From Pseudomonadota bacterium (GTDB taxonomy: Bacteria; Bdellovibrionota_G; JALEGL01; DATDPG01), in the NCBI GenBank assembly GCA_043804515.1, contig JAZDIZ010000125.1, forward strand, positions 1 through 42,005: a stretch of DNA of 42,005 nucleotides. The letters run 5' to 3'. The notes beneath the pieces are model-generated. The model did not search any database. It worked only from the letters and a program-made list of their open reading frames with translations, and was not told the origin of the DNA. The position numbers and the translations under genes are program-made. The first letter of the stretch is position 1, and each line of letters starts with the position of its first letter. Of this stretch, positions 7,113-15,350 are shown piece after piece.

Positions 7113-9512
7113 CTATTTTTCTTTTACCAAGGGCGGCAATTCGCTCAACTCCAAGCGCCACGATTCCAGCTTGGACGAATCCTCCAACAGGCCGTGCCTG
7201 TTGAAATAAGAATACGCGCTTCGAAGCAAAGCCGCCGATACCGCCTCGCGGTGCGAGATTTCGCCCCGCGCCAAAAGTTGATTCCCGTACTTGAGAGCCG
7301 CGAGAACGTGAGCCCCTGAAAGGTGGGCCCTCCCTTGCTTTCTCAGGAGGAGAAAACGGGCGGTCCAATCATATCCCTCCACGTAGTTCGCGGCGAGCCC
7401 GGAGAACAGAGTAGAGGCCGACGGATGGGCCAACATCCAGGCCCGCCCCTGCTCCAGCATGGAGTGAGCTTCGGTTCCGGGCGGCACGGGGAATTCGTGG
7501 CCCAAGAGCGGCGAAAGTAACCCGGCACGCGCTTCCAGCGCGGCCACGCTTCCCTTTCCGTCGCCGAAGGCCGTGGCAAACAGGACGGGGGGAAGGAAAT
7601 CGTGAAGGATCGTGTTCTTGTAGAAATCCAAATTCAATCTTCGGTCTTCCCGAAGGAGGAAGCGGTCGCCGGCGGCCCTCCGCTTCGTGGGAGTGATCCA
7701 TTCGTTCGTGAGGAAGAAGTTCAACAGCCAGTCCGCATTTTCCTCGAGATCGCGGGCCTGGGGCGACAGGGGACATTCCTTGAAGAGAAGGTATTCACGA
7801 AGCTTGCGGATCGATTCCATCCAGGCGGGAACGTGGATTTCGCGTGCGGTCCCCGCCAGGAGAGCGCAAGCGCCCAGCGAGGGGAGGGTGACTGTCGTCT
7901 CGGTTGCGATCGACCGGGCCACGTCCTTCGCGAGTTCCAGTGTGCGGGCCCTGCGGTACTTCGTGGGCATTTCCGAGGCCGGCTGCCCGCCGAAGTGCTC
8001 GCGCACCGAGATCGGCTTTCCGAAACGCACGTGGCCCGCGCCGTAGATCCTCCTTAAGAACCGCTTGGCTTTCACGAGAATCCAGAAGCTTTCGCGGGAT
8101 TTCTCGGTGCCCGTGAGCTCCGCGCAATACGACTCGTCTTCGGGGACCCGATCGTAGTTGATCGAAATCGGGACTACGAACATGTCCGGGCCGTTTCCGC
8201 CTAAAAACGCGTCCACGAGCATGGAGAGGAGCCCGTGTTTGGGAAAATCCACCTTGCCGGTGCGGGTGCGGCCTCCTTCGATGAACAGCTCGTGCGCACT
8301 GCCGATGTGGATCTGCCGGCTGACGTAAAGGTGAAGCAGCCGCGCGTACAAGAGGTCCGCCGAAACCCGGCGGCGGATGAAATACGCCCCGTTCTGCCGA
8401 AAGAATGCTTCCATCGGCCAAAAAGTCAGATTGATCCCCGAAGCGATATATGGGGGCCTCAAGTCGTGCTCATAGAGAATGGCGGAGATCAGCATGTAGT
8501 CCAGATGGCTCTTATGGCTGGGCGCCAGGATCACGGGATGCTCCAGCATCACCTTCTCAACCCTCTTGAAACCCTCTTCGTCCACGTAGAGATTCCGGAA
8601 CGAGTGGGACCAGATCCAACGAAAAACCCGATAGGAAAACGCGACAAAAGGAGGGGAGTAGTCCGAGACCACCTCATCCAGGATTTTCCGGGCCTTGGCC
8701 TCCACTTCCGCCTCGGTCTTCTTCTCTTTGCGGGCGATCGACGGGATCAGATCTTGAACTTCGGGATCCCGAAGAATCGTCTCGATCGTGGCGTTGCGCT
8801 CGCGGATCGGGGGAGGGGCGGCTCGGCCGGACAGCCGGTACAGGTGGGAGGCGAGCGTACGGCGAAGCTTTCGCCCGCTTCGAACGGCATCCGCGGGATC
8901 CGACCTCTTGAGAAAAGCCTCCAAATCCAGCGGCGGGCCGAATCTCAGGCGTACCGTGCGGGAGGATTTCAGTAAGATCCAGAGCCTCCGGAGCAGGTTC
9001 GGGCGGCCCAAGTCGCCGAAGAGATAATCCGCCAGGCTCATCCGAACACGGTCAGGCGTACGTCCCCAGAGGATGGTGACCGGCACGAAACGGATTTGTC
9101 TTCTTTCCTCGCTCTCCCATCGGATCAGGTCCTCCCATATCCCCTCGCTCCACACCGACTGCCGGCCCTTCGAACGTCCCTTGAAGAGAAAAACGCACGA
9201 GGGAGTCTTTTTCAGGACGAGGCTGCGGATTCTCCGATGCCTCGCCCCCGATTTTCCGAAAACGCCGAAAAACCGCGTCCGGCCCGCGCACCGTGTGAAT
9301 CGGGTTGCGGGAAGATCCAGTTGGAGCGCCACAGCGTTCATGAGAAGATGGTCCAGTCGGCTTGCACGCGGCAAGACGTAAATGAGAGCCGGACTCCCGT
9401 CCTTAATGGCGGGGATGAGTGCCGGCTCGGCGTCCCCCGAGACGCGGGTACCCATCAGGCGGAACCAGAAAACCGCCGGATGCCGGAGCGGGCACGCTGA
9501 AGAACGCAACAT
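7113..9512 (-). CDS. plsB: Glycerol-3-phosphate acyltransferase
   Basis: Acyltransferase blocks PSHKSHLDY (HxxxxD), GAYFIRR, FIEGGRTRTG, VPISINYD; ~800 aa length typical of PlsB. Confidence 0.85.
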   Translation of the reverse strand: MLRSSACPLRHPAVFWFRLMGTRVSGDAEPALIPAIKDGSPALIYVLPRASRLDHLLMNAVALQLDLPATRFTRCAGRTRFFGVFGKSGARHRRIRSLVLKKTPSCVFLFKGRSKGRQSVWSEGIWEDLIRWESEERRQIRFVPVTILWGRTPDRVRMSLADYLFGDLGRPNLLRRLWILLKSSRTVRLRFGPPLDLEAFLKRSDPADAVRSGRKLRRTLASHLYRLSGRAAPPPIRERNATIETILRDPEVQDLIPSIARKEKKTEAEVEAKARKILDEVVSDYSPPFVAFSYRVFRWIWSHSFRNLYVDEEGFKRVEKVMLEHPVILAPSHKSHLDYMLISAILYEHDLRPPYIASGINLTFWPMEAFFRQNGAYFIRRRVSADLLYARLLHLYVSRQIHIGSAHELFIEGGRTRTGKVDFPKHGLLSMLVDAFLGGNGPDMFVVPISINYDRVPEDESYCAELTGTEKSRESFWILVKAKRFLRRIYGAGHVRFGKPISVREHFGGQPASEMPTKYRRARTLELAKDVARSIATETTVTLPSLGACALLAGTAREIHVPAWMESIRKLREYLLFKECPLSPQARDLEENADWLLNFFLTNEWITPTKRRAAGDRFLLREDRRLNLDFYKNTILHDFLPPVLFATAFGDGKGSVAALEARAGLLSPLLGHEFPVPPGTEAHSMLEQGRAWMLAHPSASTLFSGLAANYVEGYDWTARFLLLRKQGRAHLSGAHVLAALKYGNQLLARGEISHREAVSAALLRSAYSYFNRHGLLEDSSKLESWRLELSELPPLVKEK

Positions 9513-9554
9513 GAGAAGCTAGAAATTATCCGAATGCGCCGAAAAGGAAAGTGA

Positions 9555-10481
9555 GTGGCGAACCGAATGATCAGAGCGAAAGCGCTGCAAAGCCAAGATC
9601 CGATTGCGGTGATCGCCCCGTCGAGTCCCTTCGAGCGGGCTCGCCTTCGCGACGCGATCGGTTGGCTGGAAAAGCGCGGGTACCAGGTGCGCACGGATCC
9701 GGGGATCTACGCGAAGAAAGACTATTTGGCGGGGGATGATGCCAGGCGCTTGAAGGAGTTCGTGTCCGCCTGGCTTGATGCCGGAAACCGGGCGGTGCTC
9801 GCGGCCCGAGGGGGTTACGGCTCGATCCGAATCCTGGAGGGGATTTCGAAGAAGACTCTCCGAGGGGGCCGAAAGATCCTCATGGGGTTGAGCGATCTGA
9901 CGCTTCTGCTCAACCACGTCGCGCGGACGACCGGCCTTGTGACCGTACACGGGCCCGTTCTGGCGGGGGACAGCTTCCTGTCCCTTGACGAAACCAGGCG
10001 TTCACGGCTCTTCGAACTTCTGGAGAACTCCCGCCCCGTCCGGCTTCGCGAGCCGATCGACTTCCGGGTTCTGGAGCCCGGAACCGCTCACGGAAAGTTG
10101 TGGGGTGGAAACCTCTCGATGGTGCAAGCGTCGCTCGGAACGCCCTATGAGATCCCGTTCTCGGACGGAATCCTCTTTCTCGAGGAGGTGAACGAGCCCC
10201 GGTACCGGGTGGATCGGATGTTCGCGCACCTCTATCACCGGGGGGCGTTCCGCAAAATCCGGGGACTTCTCTTGGGGCATTTCCTTGACGAGGAAGGAGT
10301 GACGCACGATCCGGCATTCTTGAGGGCTCTGATCGAACGCTACGTTAAGTCCGCGCACGTGCCGGTCCTGATGGGAATCCGCGCCGGCCACGGCCGAAAC
10401 GACGTTCTCCTGCCGATCGGGGGTGTTTGCTCCATCCGGCAGAAAGGCCGCTTGTTGGAACTTTCACCTCTCGTGGCCTGA
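9555..10481 (+). CDS. ldcA: LD-carboxypeptidase (peptidase S66)
   Basis: IAVIAPSS, YLAGDD..R, ARGGYGS, GLSDLT (catalytic Ser), HGP, GGNLS, FLEEVNE..YRVDRM, GH. Confidence 0.9.
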   Translation: MANRMIRAKALQSQDPIAVIAPSSPFERARLRDAIGWLEKRGYQVRTDPGIYAKKDYLAGDDARRLKEFVSAWLDAGNRAVLAARGGYGSIRILEGISKKTLRGGRKILMGLSDLTLLLNHVARTTGLVTVHGPVLAGDSFLSLDETRRSRLFELLENSRPVRLREPIDFRVLEPGTAHGKLWGGNLSMVQASLGTPYEIPFSDGILFLEEVNEPRYRVDRMFAHLYHRGAFRKIRGLLLGHFLDEEGVTHDPAFLRALIERYVKSAHVPVLMGIRAGHGRNDVLLPIGGVCSIRQKGRLLELSPLVA

Positions 10482-10492
10482 TCCGAGCCCCC

Positions 10493-11596
10493 ATGGTCCA
10501 GGCGCAGGAAATCCGGAAGTGGCTGGAAAAGGGCGTCGAAGGGGAGGTATTCCCCGGGGCGAGCGCGGCCGTGTTTCGAAACGGGGAGGAGCCGGCTTTC
10601 GCGGCTGCCGGTGTGACCCGTTTTGGTCCGGCCAGCGATCAGGTCACGCCGGAATCCGTCTTCGATCTCGCCTCTCTTACAAAAGTGCTCTCCACCGCCA
10701 CGATCGCGGCTCGGTTGTGCGATCGGGGCGAACTCCAGCTGGATGAGGCGCTCTCCCGCTATCTGGAAGATCTGCCGTGGAACGAGGCATGGACCGGCAT
10801 TACCGTGCGGGACGTGCTGACCCATCAGGCCGGCTTCGAGGCGTGGAGAAACTTCAGGAAGGAACTGACGGGGAAGTGGAGGAAGTGCGCCCCGGGTGCC
10901 GCCGAACTTAGAACCCGCGTCCTTTCCGAGATCGCTTCGAGCCGCCCGGTCGGGCCGCGAGACTCGCGAACGCTGTACAGCGATCTCGGATTCATTCTTT
11001 TGGGCGAAAGGCTCAGCCGGCAGGCCGCTATCCCGTTGGAAGAGCTCTTGAACCGGGAGGTATGCGGGCCTCTCAAGCTTTCGTTGCTCACGCCGGACCC
11101 GCTTCGGCACTGTCCCCTAACGCATGTCGCGGCGACGGAAAGCGTGAAGGCGCGAAGGGGGGTCATTCATGGCGAAGTGCACGACGACAACGCTTTTCTC
11201 TTGGGAGGGCTTTGCGGCCACGCGGGCCTTTTCGGAACGTCAGCCGATTGCTTGCGAGTGGGCATGGCGTGGTTGGCGGCCCTCGGAGGGTCGGACGGGT
11301 ATCTCTCCCGGCGCGTGGCCGGGGAATTCGCGTCCGCACGGAGCGCGCCGGACGGCGGAAAACGCGCGCTCGGGTGGGACGTCCCGTCCGGTGAGGATTC
11401 CGCCGCCGGAAAAGAAGTCTCCCCCGGCGCCATCGGTCATTTGGGGTTCACGGGAACGTCGATCTGGATCGATCCCACCCGCAAAGCGGTAGTGGTGCTC
11501 TTGACGAACCGGGTCCATCCCTCGGCGAAGAACGAGGCGATCCGGTCGTTCCGGCCTTGGTTCCATGACGCGGTTTGGAGGGAGCTGGACCGGTGA
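10493..11596 (+). CDS. Beta-lactamase-family serine hydrolase (AmiE/NamA-like, probable peptidoglycan recycling)
   Basis: FDLASLTK (SxxK), LTHQAG, YSDLGF, GEVHDDNA, GHAGLF, GHLGFTGTS, LTNRVHP; lies between ldcA and mpl. Confidence 0.85.
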   Translation: MVQAQEIRKWLEKGVEGEVFPGASAAVFRNGEEPAFAAAGVTRFGPASDQVTPESVFDLASLTKVLSTATIAARLCDRGELQLDEALSRYLEDLPWNEAWTGITVRDVLTHQAGFEAWRNFRKELTGKWRKCAPGAAELRTRVLSEIASSRPVGPRDSRTLYSDLGFILLGERLSRQAAIPLEELLNREVCGPLKLSLLTPDPLRHCPLTHVAATESVKARRGVIHGEVHDDNAFLLGGLCGHAGLFGTSADCLRVGMAWLAALGGSDGYLSRRVAGEFASARSAPDGGKRALGWDVPSGEDSAAGKEVSPGAIGHLGFTGTSIWIDPTRKAVVVLLTNRVHPSAKNEAIRSFRPWFHDAVWRELDR

Positions 11597-13017
11597 AAAA
11601 CGTTCACCTCATGGGAATCGGCGGCACCGGCATGGTGGCGTTGGCCGGCTTGTTCGTTCAGAAAGGATGGGGCGTCCGCGGATCGGACAAGGACGTATAT
11701 CCCCCCGCCTCGGACGAATTGGCGCGTCTCAAGGTGGAGGTGAGGAGCGGGTTCCGCCCCGAGAATTTGGAGCCGCGCCCCGACCTTGTGGTCGTGGGAA
11801 ACGTGATCTCCCGGGACAACGTGGAGGCCCAAGCGCTCCTTCAAAACGGGATTCCCTATGTGTCGATGGCTGCGGCACTTCGGGATTATTTCCTGGCGGG
11901 ACGAAGAAGTATCGTCGTGGCGGGGACGCACGGGAAATCCACGAGCACGGCTCTTCTGGCCTGGATGCTGGAGCATGCCGGAAAATCTCCCGGCTTTTTT
12001 GTGGGAGGTTTTCCGCTCAACTTCGGATCGGGGTGCCGGCTGGGGGAGGGGAAGCCGTTCGTGATCGAAGGGGACGAGTACGACACGGCGTTTTTCGAGA
12101 AGACGCCCAAGTTTCTGCACTACCGCCCCGAAGACGTCATCATCACCAGCATCGAGTTCGATCATGCCGACATCTATCGGGACCTCGCGCACGTGATCGA
12201 ACAGTTCGAGAAGCTCCTGTCCATCCTGCCGCCCGATGCGAGCATCGTCGCCTGCGGCGATGATCCCACCGTGCGCGAGGTCGTGAAGAAAGCCCGGAAG
12301 GGCCGCGTCGTGCTTTACGGCTTGGCCGAAGGGAATGAGATGCGCGGCGTGGCTTTGAAACCCACACGCCGCGGGATGGCCTTTGGCCTCGAAAAAAACG
12401 GCCGTAAGACGACCAGCGTGGATTCCCCGCTTCTTGGGGCACACAACGTTCGGAACGCCCTCGGATGCCTCGCCATGGCGGAGATCCAGGGTGTCCCCTT
12501 GAAGGACGCCGCCGCGGGGCTCTCGGCGTTCCGGGGTCTTCGGCGCAGGCAGGAATTTCTGGGAGAGTTCGGAGGCGTGCGCATCTATGACGACTTCGCC
12601 CATCATCCTACGGCGATCGCCAACACTCTCGCCGGTTTCGAGCCGGTGGCGAAAAACTGTGGCGGAAGGCTTTGGGCCGTGTTCGAACCGCGTTCCAACA
12701 CGTCACGGCGAAGGGTTTTTCAGAAGTCGCTTCCCGAAAGTTTCCGGCTCGCGGACGAAGTGATACTGGCTCCCGTGTACAAGAAGCCGGACGCGCTCCA
12801 GGACAGCGAGCTTTTGGAGCCGGCGGAAGTGGCCGCCGCGATTGCGCGATCCGGCCGGAAGGCGCGCGCGGCTTCAACCTACGAGGAGATCGTTCAAGCG
12901 GTGGCCTCCGAGGCGAAAAAGGGAGACGTCGTAGTGTTCATGTCCAACGGCGCGTTCGGAGGAGTGCCGCGCAAGACGGGCGAAGCGCTCGCGCACCAGG
13001 CCAGGGTTAAGGTTTAA
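11593..13017 (+). CDS. mpl: Murein peptide ligase (MurC/Mpl family)
   Basis: HLMGIGGTGM, AGTHGKST, FVIEGDEYDTAFF.K.PKFLHY, EFDHADIY, DDFAHHPTAI, FEPRSNTS, MSNGAFGG. The GTG start overlaps the upstream TGA. Confidence 0.9.
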   Translation: MKNVHLMGIGGTGMVALAGLFVQKGWGVRGSDKDVYPPASDELARLKVEVRSGFRPENLEPRPDLVVVGNVISRDNVEAQALLQNGIPYVSMAAALRDYFLAGRRSIVVAGTHGKSTSTALLAWMLEHAGKSPGFFVGGFPLNFGSGCRLGEGKPFVIEGDEYDTAFFEKTPKFLHYRPEDVIITSIEFDHADIYRDLAHVIEQFEKLLSILPPDASIVACGDDPTVREVVKKARKGRVVLYGLAEGNEMRGVALKPTRRGMAFGLEKNGRKTTSVDSPLLGAHNVRNALGCLAMAEIQGVPLKDAAAGLSAFRGLRRRQEFLGEFGGVRIYDDFAHHPTAIANTLAGFEPVAKNCGGRLWAVFEPRSNTSRRRVFQKSLPESFRLADEVILAPVYKKPDALQDSELLEPAEVAAAIARSGRKARAASTYEEIVQAVASEAKKGDVVVFMSNGAFGGVPRKTGEALAHQARVKV

Positions 13018-13021
13018 CCCT

Positions 13022-13179
13022 TAACAGGTTCCTGAAAAACTCAAAAACGGCAGGTTGCTCAAAAAGGTGTCAGATGCTAGGCGCTCGCGAAATCGCGACT
13101 GAGGCGTACTTAGTCCGTACATCGCAAGGAGACGATGAGCGAGCAACGACGCAGATGGCCCTTTTTCAGCGACCTGCTA
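13022..13179. mobile_element. MITE-like inverted-repeat element between convergent genes
   Basis: GCAGGTTGCTCAAAAAGG (13050-13067) is a 16/18 inverted match to CCTTTTTCAGCGACCTGC (13160-13177). A further left-end-like copy TAACAGGTTCCTGAAAAA lies at 13022-13039. Internal hairpins, no ORF. Confidence 0.7.
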
Positions 13180-13554
13180 ATCATCTTCGTTTTCGATCAC
13201 CTGGGTCAGGCGCACGGATAGCGCCTGCAGGTCTTCCAGCCTTCGGCTGATCTGGATCTCGAGATCGCCGAGGCGGCTGGCGAGTTCCTTGGAAATCTGC
13301 CTCAGCTCCGAAAAGTGTTTGGCCTTCTCGATCCGCTTTTTGACTTTGCTCGTGGTGGGATTCTTTTTCGGCTTGGATATCCGGCTCGCTTCGGAATACT
13401 CCGGGCTGGAGAATTCAAATCCGACGCGGGGCTCGGCCTTAATGTCGGGACGTGCGGACTTCTTCAAGCCGCAATTGGGGCAATGGTTTTCCGGCGGCTT
13501 GTTGTCCGCCGAACGGACCGAGTTCATCAAGGTTCCACAGTTGGGGCACTTCAT
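13177..13554 (-). CDS. Small Zn-ribbon / coiled-coil protein
   Basis: MKCPNCG...HCPNCG (two CxxC) and a heptad-rich C-terminal helix; starts 7 nt after the mreB stop. Confidence 0.75.
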   Translation of the reverse strand: MKCPNCGTLMNSVRSADNKPPENHCPNCGLKKSARPDIKAEPRVGFEFSSPEYSEASRISKPKKNPTTSKVKKRIEKAKHFSELRQISKELASRLGDLEIQISRRLEDLQALSVRLTQVIENEDD

Positions 13555-13560
13555 AACGGG

Positions 13561-14595
13561 TTACTTCGCCACCAGCAGCCGTTTCAGTTTGTCGAAATTG
13601 TCCAGGATCTTTCCGGAGCCCAAGACCACGCAGGAGAGGGGATCTTCCGCCCTCTGAACGGGCAGCCCTGTTTCCTTCGCGATCAGCTTGTCGATCCCCC
13701 TAAGCAGCGCGCCTCCCCCGGTCAGGACGATGCCGCGGTCGAAAATGTCCGAAGCCAGCTCCGGGGGTGTTTTCTCCAGCGTGGCTTTGACGGCGTCGAC
13801 GACCGCCCGAATCGGCTCCTGGAGAGCCTCACGGATCTCGATGGAGTTCACGGTGATCGTCCGGGGCACGCCCCTCACTAGATCCCGTCCCTTCACGTCC
13901 ATCGTCATCCCTTGTTCGCTGGGGTATGCGTCCCCGATGGAGATCTTGATGACCTCGGCGGTCTTCTCGCCGATCAGGAGGGAATATTTCTTTTTGAGAT
14001 AGTTCACGATCGCCTCGTCCATCTTATCTCCGGCGATCCGGATCGATTTAACGATGACGATTCCCCCCAGGGAAATCACGGCGACCTCCGTCGTTCCGCC
14101 GCCGATGTCGACCACCATATTTCCCGAGGGGTCCGTGATCGGCATGTCCGCTCCGATAGCTGCGGCGATCGGCTCCTGGACCAGAAAAACTTCCCGCGCA
14201 CCCGCCGAATACGCCGATTCTTCCACGGCCCGCTTCTCGACTTCCGTTACGCCGGAGGGAATGCAGATGATGATCCGGGGCCTCACCAGGGCCCTGCGGT
14301 TATGGGCCTTGGTGATGAAGTACTTCAGCATCGCTTCGGTGGTGGAGAAGTCGGCGATCACGCCGTCCTTGATCGGCCGAATCACAACAATGTTCTCCGG
14401 CGTCTTTCCGATCATTTCCTTCGCTTCGTGCCCCACCGCCAGGACTTTTCGGTTCCCGGTACCGTCATTCAACGTGGCCACCACAGACGGTTCGTTGATC
14501 GTGATTCCTTTGTCCTTCTGGTAGACGAGGGTGTTGGCCGTGCCCAGATCGATAGCCAGATCCGTGGAAAACAGTCCCAGGAAGTATTTCAACAC
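13561..14595 (-). CDS. mreB: Rod shape-determining actin-like protein MreB
   Basis: [66 protein letters not shown]. Confidence 0.97.
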   Translation of the reverse strand: MLKYFLGLFSTDLAIDLGTANTLVYQKDKGITINEPSVVATLNDGTGNRKVLAVGHEAKEMIGKTPENIVVIRPIKDGVIADFSTTEAMLKYFITKAHNRRALVRPRIIICIPSGVTEVEKRAVEESAYSAGAREVFLVQEPIAAAIGADMPITDPSGNMVVDIGGGTTEVAVISLGGIVIVKSIRIAGDKMDEAIVNYLKKKYSLLIGEKTAEVIKISIGDAYPSEQGMTMDVKGRDLVRGVPRTITVNSIEIREALQEPIRAVVDAVKATLEKTPPELASDIFDRGIVLTGGGALLRGIDKLIAKETGLPVQRAEDPLSCVVLGSGKILDNFDKLKRLLVAK

Positions 14596-14672
14596 CAGTG
14601 CGGAAGTATCGAAAATTGCTCAGGATCTCAACCTAAAAGTGCTATCCTGAAAACCTCCAGTTCCTCGAATCC

Positions 14673-15350
14673 ATGCCGGCGTTCGACCTGTTGCTGATCC
14701 TGCTTTGGGGCGGTCTTGGGGCCTCCCCGGCGACTTTTACTGCTCCCCCCTCGGACCTCGTTCTCGAGAACTTCGAGACCTTCGTGGTCGGGGCCGTTCC
14801 GTCGGACGGCTGGACTACGAGAGGGGGGAACGCGGAAGGGAGTTATTCGATCCAGCAGGAAACGGGCGGAAACCACTACCTTAAAGCCGTGGATCGGGGC
14901 CGTTCCGTTCAGCTCTTCAAAGAAAAAGGATGGGACCTAAAAACCTCTCCGTATCTCCGATGGAAGTGGCGGGCGAACCGGTTTCCGGTGGGGTCGGATG
15001 AGAGAATCGGCGCGAAGAACGACAGCGCGGCGGGAATCTACGTGGTCTTTCCACGCCGATTTTTTGTGCCCGAGGCCATCAAGTACGTTTGGAGCCTCAA
15101 CGTCCCCGTGGGGACCCAAATCGCGCGCCGCGACCACTTTCCGATCTTCGTGATCCGTTCCGGAACCTCCGACCAGGGGCACTGGGTGCCCGAAGTGCGG
15201 AACGTCCGGGAAGATTTCATATCGCACTTCCATCGGATGCCGGCGGATCCCGTGGCGGTCGGTTTCCTGACGGACGCCAACGAAACGCAGAGTTCGGCCG
15301 AAGCCGACTACGATGATCTCACTGCTTTGGCTCGGTCTATTGGGCCGTGA
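14673..15350 (+). CDS. Exported DUF3047-like protein
   Basis: Signal peptide, PYLRWKWR, GSDE...NDSAAGIYVVF, IKYVWS, W..EVRNV.EDF...F, TDANET...A.YDD, as recalled for DUF3047. Confidence 0.75.
   Translation: MPAFDLLLILLWGGLGASPATFTAPPSDLVLENFETFVVGAVPSDGWTTRGGNAEGSYSIQQETGGNHYLKAVDRGRSVQLFKEKGWDLKTSPYLRWKWRANRFPVGSDERIGAKNDSAAGIYVVFPRRFFVPEAIKYVWSLNVPVGTQIARRDHFPIFVIRSGTSDQGHWVPEVRNVREDFISHFHRMPADPVAVGFLTDANETQSSAEADYDDLTALARSIGP

Noticed and set aside
10493..11596. Beta-lactam resistance gene
   Set aside because: No signal peptide, and the GEVHDDNA/GHAGLF motifs and ldcA-mpl context point to a recycling hydrolase.
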